From positions 96,001 to 160,000 of IMG/VR virus record IMGVR_UViG_3300005077_000489: 64,000 nt of DNA. One strand, given 5' to 3'. The notes beneath the pieces were generated by a model. That model did no database searches, was not told the origin of the DNA, and worked only from the letters and a program-made list of their open reading frames with translations. Position 1 is the stretch's first letter. Every line of letters begins with the position of its first letter. A program made the position numbers and the translations under genes. This DNA comes from a virus (taxonomy: Duplodnaviria; Caudoviricetes). Below, piece by piece: positions 28,195 to 40,100 of this stretch.

Positions 28195-31100
28195 ATGTTA
28201 TCCAACTTTTTGACAAACAGTGGAAATGTAACTAGTATATCAGGTAATGATGCCTATGCACCATACCCGTATTGGGATACTTATACATATCGTCAGTTAA
28301 ATAGCACTGAGATTGATTCTTTAAAAGATAATGATTATTTGTCAGGGGGTGTGACATTTTCTCCGAATCAGTATACTTGTTTGGAGATAACCACCCCCGA
28401 ACCTATTTATATAGGTAGTATTCGTTTATATGGTCCTAGTCAACTTACTAATATGGAAGTTGGTGTGGTCATACCACAATTATCTCATACCTTATCCCAT
28501 CAAAATTTAAATTTATTAACCGATTCAGAAAGAGAAAATCTACAAGGTGAAATAGTCTACTGGGACCAAATAGATGCAAACCGTGGTTATTTCGAAACTA
28601 CACAAATCCCTCTGGTTTCTGGTTCCCCGGTAACGTTAGTGTCTGCTAATTATGATATCCTGTATTCGGCTACACTTAGCGGAGAATTAAGCGGAGTTGC
28701 AGGCAAGACAGTTAAACAAATACTAAAAGGAAATGATGTCCCCGCTGAGTTTATAAGTGTTCATATGTCAGCAGGTAGTACAGATCTAACCTTGAGTGAT
28801 GTCACTATCAGTCCTATGAATACTGAAAATTATATTCATACTTTTACTAAAGAGAATACGCTGGATGATGATGTGCGGGATAGAATAAGGTATTGGGTGG
28901 CTGATACCGAGGGCGGAGAGTACGGGCATTTTGAGGGTAGGGACATCTGGCTGGACGTCGGCTCCGGTGTTATCGGGAAATGGGACCAGTATACCACGTG
29001 GTCGGGTAACTATTCCAGAGAACAGTTAGCGGGGTACAGCTATTATACTTTTAGGCAAGTAATACCTAATAAGTATCTAGCTAGTTTTGGTGATGGAATA
29101 AGAGTTACATTTAGCGGATGTAGTGATCGAGATATCTTATTAAATGGTGTCTCCTATATGCAGGCTTCGTCGAATACGGTAACTCTGGACTTCCAAAATA
29201 ATTCTTCTTTTTTACAATATAATATAAAAGGTATAATAGATAGATGGAAGAATGATGGCTTTGATATAAACACTCCTATAGAAACGCTTCAAGGAGCAAC
29301 TACCCCAACAAATATCGGAGACTATATAGACTCTCAGAGGTCTAAACAATATGGCCATTTCGAAGGTACAGAGATAGATGTAGACGATGATACAGAAGCA
29401 ATCATGTATGATGCAAATGTGATTGGTATAATGGCTCAAAACCATGGTTTAGTACCCGGAGATTATATAAGGATATATGGTACAGAATATTATGACGGTT
29501 ACTACCAAGTCCTAACTTATTCTACAGCACATATTGTCGTCATCTGGGGAATCTATGACCCTGAAACTTTTTATTCGTCCGCGAAGATAAGGAAAGTTAT
29601 TTCTCTTGGTCCCGAAATAGATTTCTATGGAAGAAAGCAGGATTGTAGAGATGTTTTACCTTCTGTTCAAATAAATATGGCGAATGGCTCAGAGGTATAT
29701 ATTACAAACTATTCTAGTTATGGGTTGGGTCATAGTTCCGTAGAACTTAGTGATATAATAGAGACCGGCGTAGTAACCTCTATCTATGATGTGGACGTGG
29801 ATTCCAGTGGTTGGCTTACATCTATGCCTGGTCCGGATAATAATCAAGAATGGCAGACCAGTATGCCTTATGCTTATCAAAAATATTTCAAAGCTCGCAA
29901 GAAATTTACTAAGTATAGCACGGCGTGGACAGACCCTAGTAGAGGTTATACAACGCAAGCAGCCGAGGCTTACGATTACTCTGGTAAAATATCTTTAATA
30001 ACAGAGGCGGATGACCCGGAGTTTGAGGGTGATTGGACTGGTTCTTGGGACGCCCGGTTCTTTGATAGGATAATGGCCCAACCTTGGTCTATCCTTATTG
30101 CCGACGGGTGCCCATTTCAGACTTTATGTTATAGGGGTCCTATGCCTGTCAAGTTTATCTTTGATTTACAAACCCCGAAAATATTAAATAAATATAGAAT
30201 GTGGATACAACTACTTCTCTGTCCTAAATCCATGGCAGACGGAATACCTGCTCCACTAATATCTAAACCAAAGAGTTGGAAAATACAAGGTTCAAATGTA
30301 AATAATAATGATGATATTTATTGGACTACTCTTCATGAGGTAACCGATTTTAATCCGGACGATTTTATGGATACTGCGTACCCTCCGGATAAAAGGGTCC
30401 CTCTGTCTTGTGCTAATAGTGAGTGGTTATATTTTAGAAATACCGAGTTGTATCGTTACTACAGGTTGTATGTGTATGAGGTTTGGATAAAAGCCCTTGT
30501 ATATGATAAAAATCCTTATGGCGTCATATATTCTTCGGGTGTGGAGACTACTCACATAGACGAACTGGATTTGTGTGAACGCCGTGCAGCCCCGGGTATC
30601 TTTCCTACCGTGGTTACTTCGGATTTATTTGCAGATACAATAGATAGTGTATTACCGCTTGAGCATTTAAGGGATAAATCCAAGATTTTTTATTGCTTGT
30701 CCTTTGATGATGGCGATGAATTTAAGATATATAATGGAGTGGATTGGATAACGACAGTAAGGAATAATGGTGGGACATGGCAATACTTGTATAATGACAT
30801 ATTCTATAATGCAGAAGATAATAATGTGCGGAGGGCACTCTGGCAAGCCTTCTCTATACCTGAAAATAGGATGGATTATAATTCGCTTAGTAGGATAAAC
30901 ACCGGTGCTTATACTCTAGCAACTCCTTCTGGTACATATCTACAGATAGGTATTGGTTTGCTGTCCGAGGGTGTCATTGAACCTATGCTGGAAGGTATAG
31001 AGATTACTGGTATAATCTATAATCCGGTGGGGCAAAGTGAGCCCTATGAACTTACTTTCAGCGGTGCCACCGGGATTAATATACCTGCCGGGGAAAAAGT

Positions 31101-34100
31101 AACCTCCGATTGGATTAATGCTGATGTCCTACCAACAAATGATATACTGATTGTTATGGATACCGATTCTTCTGCTAGTGGTATTTCACGTTTTACAGTA
31201 GACAGGAATCCAAAGTATTTTGAACGGCGAGATGCCGCTTCTTATGATTTACAAAATGTTTCTTCTTCATTGTACACGATGAAAGAGGGCGTAGTTTTAA
31301 TAGACTCTATAGAAGTAAGACAATCTTCTACTGTAATTATTCCTGCTGCGACCAACGATCTGTTAGAGAATTCTATGGTAAGTTTGTCCGGAACTGAATA
31401 TTATAATGGACTACACACTGCGGTAAATGTTGCTGCCGACACATTTGAAATAGTTTCGAAACATAATCCTGAGACAATTATTTCCGGGGCTGTAGTCCAT
31501 GAGAGACTGTCCATCGGTGCTAATCAACTCCAACCAGAGGTGCAGGTTGGTTCCTTAGTAGAGTTCTCTGAACCAGGAGGTTATTGGTCCACTGATTACC
31601 AGTCCACACAAATAAGTGGTTATTATACTGTAACAGAAAGTAATTGTGTGGTGGGGTATGAAGCCACACATTTATTTGACCCTAGTATAACTACCTGGTT
31701 TCATAGCGGGCAGACTATCGAGGATGGTCCTATACACATTGGACTGAACACCGTTGATTTTACGAGGCAGTATAATAAAATAAGATTACGCTCAGCATAT
31801 AATGAAGACTACTGGTTAAGAGAATTTCCTAGAGGAATAAGAATAAGTGCTTGTTCCTCTAGTTCTACTCCCACTTTGACTTCTGAGGTCGAGTGGACTT
31901 TATTAGTGTCAGGAACATGCTCATTACCTATTGGTGCCGGTAGGTTCAATGAATGGATACCTTTCACTAATTCTGGTGATTATAACTGGTATAGACTTTC
32001 TTTTGACTCTAATTATGGTTCGTGGTATGATTGCGTTAGACTATCTGAGATTGAAATAGCAGATGATATTGACATTCTAAAAGGCTGCGGGTTGATCGGA
32101 GAGATACCGGGTTTCGATGCTAAATATCTCTTGGACTCGCAAAGTTATACACAATATGTTAGTTCTGGTACCATTGGTCTAGGAGCACTACATATAGGAT
32201 TAGATGCTAGAAATAGACCTAAGAAATTGAATCGATTCCAAGTAAAGTCTATCAGTAGTGCTATCACTGATACTAGTGATGACCCTTGGTTAAGGGTTAG
32301 TCCCAAAGATATCTTAGTTTATGGTTCCAATATAGCTAAGCCTACTTTGAATACGGATACTGGTTGGACCTTAATAACTACTACCGGTATAGCACTACCA
32401 CAAGCGGGGGCTGTTTATAGTAGTTGGGTAGGCGTGGTAGCTTCCGACAACTATACTACACCTACAATTAAATCTCCCACTATGACGGGGTATACTACTC
32501 CTGCTCCCTATAGTGCTTCTGCTACTTCTATTAGGGGAACATTTCACGAGCCCTGGCGGGCCTTCGATAGGGATATATCCGACAGTTCTTATGGCTGGGC
32601 ATCAAGTTCAATTTTGACTTTACCACAATCATTATCCATTTATTTAGGCAGCCCTATTATTATAAATGCTATTAGGTTACGTCCTTATAGTGGTGTAATG
32701 TATTCTAGTTTTCCTGAGACTATAAAAATGTACGGTAGTAATATATTGAGTCCCTCTATAACAAACGAGGCACATTGGTCAGAAATTACTGACTATATTT
32801 CTATTCCCGATCCTGGCGGCTTCGCGTGGACAACCTGGGTTTATTTTGATAACCCTGATGAATATTCTAGTTATAAGATTACTGTCTTTGAAACAATTAC
32901 AGGGACTCCCGATTGTGGTTTCAATGAGATATATTTAGGTTATAGGGAAAAGTTATTTCCGAATCCGGCTGATATTCCTTATCGTCATTATAAATTAAAA
33001 ATAACATCCTCCCATGGTGGTACTTCTTCTAACGTCGAGTTTTCTGATTTAAATCTTGACTATGACGAGAGCAGTTATTATCAACAAACAGTAAATTACA
33101 ATATTGACTTTCCAGTAAAGATTTTTGATTTACCCCCAAAACATGAGGTGACCGGAGTAAATATAACAACTATTAGCGGTTACAAAGGAGGTTATTCTGA
33201 GCAGGTAGGTTCTACGGTTAGTGGTACTTATCCAATTAGTTTTATAACTATCGTTGATAGGCATAATAAACTAGAGAATGATAAGTCTATAAGTCAAATA
33301 GGAGTCTCCAGTGACATAGGTGGACGTATCTATTTCAGAATATTCGAAGAATATACGGAGGGCTCCACCGAGAGATTTACTATATGGGATGTATTTAGTG
33401 TTACTCATAGTGGAGGCGGTTTTCAGTGGTTTACTTTGACAGACCCTTATATAATTCCTAGTGAGGGAAATCATTACTTAGGGTGGTATCAGGCTAATAA
33501 CCCTAGAAAAATGGGTGTAACGGGCGGTGAAGGTAAAACCTCTTATCAGTATGGAGATTATATTGGAACTAATATTTATCTACCGTTGCACCATACCGAT
33601 TTCCTACCTTCTTTAGCCGTAAGGTATAACAGTTATTTTGATTTAGGAATAACTACCAATAGCGGTCTATTATTAAATAATTTCAGTCCTGCTCGTAACA
33701 GCAAGATATTTAATAGTTCAAATACGCTGGGACCTTATTATGACGAGACTGTTTCTATATACTTAGGTCGTCCTAGTCCAGTCGTGGAACCTAATACTCA
33801 AGGGTCTATGCTGGTAACTATTTATTACAAAGAAGAGGGTGAGGATAACTATGGGTTATCACAATTGGTAACAATAAAAGATAGTTCTCATAAAATGTAT
33901 GACCACCCTATAAACAATGCTTTTGATTCCGATAGTAAAAACTATTTTAGTCCAGAGAAATGGTTGGATGAATACCAAAATCTCAGGTTTATGCTGCGTT
34001 TTTATGACCCCGTATATTTGGAAGCTTTCTCTGTTGCACCGGCACAGGTGTCAAACGGAATAGATTGCTTACCAGACTCCTTGATGATTGCTGGTTCCGA

Positions 34101-37100
34101 AGACTATGCTAGGTTGTATGATGCAGAGGATTGGACTGATTTATATTTTGATGAGGATTACTCAATTCCTACAATAAGTGATTGGAAACCGTACATATAT
34201 TTTGATGACCACACAACGCAATACCGTTATTATAATTTTACATTGTGGCATTATGGTTATCCACAAAAGTATGGTATGTTGGGTGGGGTAAGGGTTGTTG
34301 GCGTTCTTCCATACCCAACTTATGTTACCACATCTGGTTTGCTAACGACGGTACGAAGTATAACAGGCGACGGAAGGGATGCTAATGAAGTAAGATTATT
34401 ACATAAGAGCGGAGATAGAAGGTATATTAATAATATTTGGAATACTTATACATACAACGGACGTAATGAAGTTTCTCCTGGAACTGTGTTTTTGATGGGA
34501 GAAAATAACATGTCTACTACGTGCCCGCATCCCGTCTCAGTAATCAAAGAATATAATGGTAATCGTAATGAATTACCTGTATCCCCAGTAGAATTTGGTG
34601 GATTAAATATTCTTGCTTGGCATAAGTTTGAAGAGGAGACCGGTAATTTTATAGATTACTCTGGTAATAATATTAATGTGGTGCGAGTAGGGAATATAAT
34701 TATAGAAGATGGTAAGCGGGGGAAGGCGGCTAAAATAGTAGATTCTGATAGTCCTCCAAAATATGGTGTGTTTACATTACCACATCATTTGACTGAATAT
34801 AGTGTTTCCTTTTGGTTCAGACCAGTTCATGACATATATCCTGGATATCCAATAACTTTTGATATAATGGGTGGTTGGGTTTCTTATGGTAATGTACCGG
34901 GTGTGTGGCATATATCATTAGGTCGAACTTATTTATATGTGGATTCTCCTTATCCCTTTAGACAAGAGAATACTTTACCACTAGGTTCTTCGCATTCTAC
35001 CAAGATCTTTTTTGGTAATTATGGGAAGGTTATCTATACAGGGAGGGAAGTGTGGAGTAAGAAGTCCTGGCATAATATCATATTTTCATTCGATTCCGAT
35101 GGGGACTATAAAGTATGGGAGGACGGAACATTAGATTATGAGTCTGGAACTCTATCCTCGACCATCTACCCACCGCCACCTGAGATAATTGTAAATCCGG
35201 CTGATATACATTATGATAACTATGACTTTAATAATTGTATGTATTATGGTTTACCTTGGATAGACGGTCAAGGTGCCGTGGGAGAGTTTTATTTGGACCA
35301 CGTAATGCATTTTAATAAAGTTTTTACAGATGAAGAAGCCTTTACAATATATAGATTAAAAGATAATTCGGAAGAGTGGGATGGAATATATTTTAATAGT
35401 CCACAGAACATAGAGTTACCTAGTAAATTAATATTTGATTTTGGACAAGATATCTCTGTTAATAAATATAGTTTTATTTTATCTAACACCCAAACATGGG
35501 CAGTCCCAAAGACCGAGTGGTTGTTAACTGCGTCTGGAGAGGATACTTGGGAGGTTTTGGATAATAATTACATTGAACTCGGAGAAATGCAATATATAGA
35601 GGGGGAATATATAGAAGAAACGAGGGAATTAACCATAAGTTCAGAAACCCTACCTCTTGCTATCTATTCTATTTATCCGGGCGAGCAGGTTATAGAGGTG
35701 TCGTTTGAGACTACAGAATATTTCAGTGGGGGTCACGACGGCACTTACGGTGGTATATATAATGACCCAGTACCAAATCCATTTTATGCTGCATACCCCG
35801 CAAATAGGACGTCCTTAATTGCAGGATATAATGTCTCTCAGGAGATGGTCAGGAATAATGAGTGGATTTCCTTGATACAAATAGTAAATTCGGTCAGCGG
35901 TTATATAAAATTTAAATTATGGAAATCCTCTCCTAACTCGTCTACGCATGTGATTGAGGATATCACCGATTTACTTCCTCTATCTGCCGGATCAAATAGT
36001 TATAATGTTCACTATAAGACTGGAATACCTTATCTAGGGGTTTCACCCACATTTTTTCCTGCTTTTTATGCTACTTGTGAAATAGACAGGCCGTATGGTG
36101 GGAGTGATCAGGACCAATATAATTATAAGTCCGGAGATATAACCGGCACTAGCACTGGCTGGACCAATATGGGTGGTTATTATACTTGCAGACTCCTTGT
36201 CTATTATCATGCTCCCAAATATAATTTAGGATTGGGTGCATCATCTAACTATTTTTATACAGCAGTTTCTTTTAATAATTTGTATGAGAGTCCTTTGACC
36301 CATTCTTATCCTTTACCTGTTAAAGATGTGATTCAGAATATCTATATTTATAGTAATAATGTTGTACAAGTAGATACGGAGGGCGTGTTAAGACTCACAA
36401 TTAAGAAAAAGATTCCTCCTCATAATCTTTTTACTGATTATGTGCACAATATTACTAATACTAAAGCATATCGACATTATGCTATAGAACTGGTAGGGAC
36501 CAATGATTGCAGAGAGAATTTAGAATTATCCGGTTTGAGAATGTTTGATACCCCTAGAGTTCCGACTGTCTCAGGTAATAGTCTTTCTGTTACCTCGGGT
36601 ATAGCTGCTAATAATATACTAGAATGCATTTCTGATAGTAATCCGGGTGATGCTGCTATAAGTTATGCTGTTTCCCTAGACAATATAGATTGGTGTATCA
36701 TGACGGCGAGCGGGTGGGAACCTGTCATATTAGATAAGGATGCTGTCTTGACACCTTCCGGTCTCTTCTTTAGTATAAATAATTGTGATTGGTTATCATT
36801 AGGTTCGGGAACGTTGTCTATTGCTCACAAGTTTGTAACTAATTCTAATTATTGTTATCCTGGAATAAATTCCTATAATGTGTTAGCCACAGACTACACT
36901 GCTTCAGGGACTGGCTCCTATATAACCTATAGTGGCAATATAACATATACAGTTCCGATGACTACTACTATTTCTAGTGATTGGTTGCATTATGCGTGGC
37001 AGAACTACGGAGATTATCATATTTTAAGCTATTTGGTTGATAGTGGTTACTTACCTATAGGTAGTGGTCAAGGTTATTTTGTAGATACATCTTATACGTG

Positions 37101-40100
37101 TAGCGGTTCTAGCCTAACACCATACATAATATCCAGGACTGATGATGTTATAAAAATAACTGCTTCTACTGTTGATGGTTTGAATATTGGTAACAAAATT
37201 AATATTGATACAGTATCTGGTTATACTATATATGAAGTAGAAGACATAATTGGAAATAATATAGTTCTTAATGCTCCTAAATTGTATGACGTTTTACCTA
37301 CTGATAGTTATTATAGACGCATAGTAACGCCTTACTATGAACTACGCGGGGAACAAGTTAATGTAAGTGGTACCGAAGTCAGGATTTCTGAGATGAATGA
37401 GGACTTAATAACTTTGAGTGGTAGTTTTAACTCAGGTGATATAGTAAATATTTCTTCCTCTAAAATTACTGGTAGTGGTATATTACCTACTACTATAAGT
37501 GGTAGATATTTTAATTTAGCAGACGGTGGTTACTACTTTTCTCCTGTTATGACATCTTTCTCGACCCCCGGTTCTTATACTATAGCTACTAATAAAATTA
37601 TAGCAGCGACGGAAGATTATACTATTAATGCGACTGATACATTTCCTAAGAAGATTTTTACTCTACCTAAAGATACAGTTTTGTTTGATACTATAATAAC
37701 AGTAAAGGATAGTTTTAGTGGCGATACTCCAGATACTTTTGGATATATAAGTAGCAATAAAACAGATAGTTATTACAACCGTTCTTATATAAATGATGGA
37801 ACTACGTTGACGAACGGGCGTTTAATAAGTCATTTTTGCTTATGGCAAGGAACGTCTAGTTATTATAGAGATGCTTATATGGGATTAAATATAAAAATTA
37901 AGTTGGTAAAACAAACTGGTGGCAGTAATCAGTATTATGATATACTAGACACAATTTGGGAAGGAGTAAACCCCGTATATGGTGATTTTTATGTTTATCT
38001 AGACCCACCTTTTAGAATTCCTTCCACCGGCATCCACCGTCTCTGCTACTGTTTAGGTGCTGCAAATTCTTTTTATGCCTTCGGGGTCTTGACTACTTCG
38101 AGAAATGACGGGTTACGCTACAAAGACGATGCTGATCCTACGGGTAACAATGTTTCATTTCTCTATCATAGCGGTGGTAATATGAGTTATAATTTAGTTA
38201 CTTACTATACCAGTTCCTACTCTGTTGGCACTCTGTCAAATGCTACCTATTTCACTGATACATTTAAATGGAACAGTCCACCCACGATTACCGGTTCAAT
38301 CGGTCCCTTTGCTACGGAGACAGATGTATATATGCACCGACAAGTTACTGTAGGACATACTGCAGGGGCATTTAATGTCTCCTTCGAGCACTCCGATTAT
38401 ATGTATCATTTATTTGATGGTAAACTGGACCCGGTTCCTACAGTAACTTCGGGTACCGCTTTATCTATAGATATGGGTTCAACATCTAATGTTGATGGGT
38501 ATAGATGGTACTATAGTACAGACGGAGAAGTAAATAGTCCCCTTATTTGGTCTATGTACGGTTCTAATGAGTTGCCTTATTGGTCCCATATAGCGGATGA
38601 AACTTCAGTCGTCGTAAATAGGGTATGGTCGTCTGTATTTAGTTTAACCCCCGGTTATAAGTATTATGGAATTAGATTTTACGATGATTATGAATTAGCC
38701 GAGATAGAATTTGTATACAGGAATAATACAACTACGTCTGGAATACATTTACTATCTACCACCAGCGGATGGGGATTTAGTTATGTGGGAAAATTATCGT
38801 ATATTGAAGCAAATACTTATGAACCGGGCGGTACAAGCATATACCATGCGATAAGTTTTGATAACTCAAATACATTTAAAATTTATAAGAATGGTAATTG
38901 GGTGGATATCGTTAGATATTTGGGGCAGTGGCAGTATAATGGAGGCGGGTGGTTTAATGCTCCTGATAATACTAAGTATTCCGCTTTTAGGGGAGCCTTG
39001 GATTATGGTCATACTTTTTCTAGTATCGAACTGGGGGGCATATTAGATGATGACTGGTACACGACTGGCGGGTTAACTTCTACTTCTGGTAGAATAAACT
39101 TTATTAATGCTATGCTGAGTGATGGCTACATAGTTCCATCAATTTCCTACTATGATATCTATTATACTGCACGGTCAGGGAATGTAACAAGTCAATGGTG
39201 GGCTAATTCTCTTATACCTTCTGGTTATGCCTATACAGTGGTATCTGGTTCTCCATATTTCTTTACAAACCACTATGATGTACCTTTGTATACAGATGAA
39301 ACTTTTGATGAATATCGTTACGACAGAGAGTATACTAATAATTTCAGATTATATACTGTAAATAGGTCTGCGGCTACGAGTGTTCCTTTGTACGAAATAA
39401 TGGTAACGGATGTCCAAACCCCAGATGATGCATATAGATTAGAATTATTTTCTCATGTCGCAGAGGATTGTGTTGTTGTCTGCTCAGGTATAACAGTGGA
39501 TACCGCCAAATTAACGGATAAAATACTACGGACTGGTGGGATACAAATTACTGAAAATAAATTGGTAGACTTAGAACTTTCTTCTATTCCCCGCAGCCGT
39601 GGTTTATTCTACGGCGATTTACGTCTGTATTTTGACACTGCTTTGGATAGACCTAGTTTAATAAGTGCGGCACCTTCCAGTAATACTTTGAATGGGAATA
39701 TTTCTACTAATACTTTTCTTCCTGTCTCCGTCTCCGGTATAGTCTTTAACTCAAACTACAATTTATCGGATGACCATTATTCCGTCTATTTTTGGGCTGA
39801 TTCTCCTGTCACTAAATTGGCTGTACGTACCGCTAATAAGAATAGTGTTGGTACAGGATTAGAAAGGATTACGGAACTAGGCGTCTTTCCTATAGAGTAT
39901 GAGGGTGGGTGGAATGTGCCCAGCGGTTTTAATTTATTAGAGACTGCCGAGTCTAAAAGTTATGTACATACAGCATTTTCTGCTTATAGGTACCAGTATT
40001 TATCTACACCGCATTTGGAGAGACTCTTTGATACTTCGATTTCTGGAGCCCTGCCAATCTTTGGTGGTTATTACATCGGGGTGGAGTCCTCATTAAATTA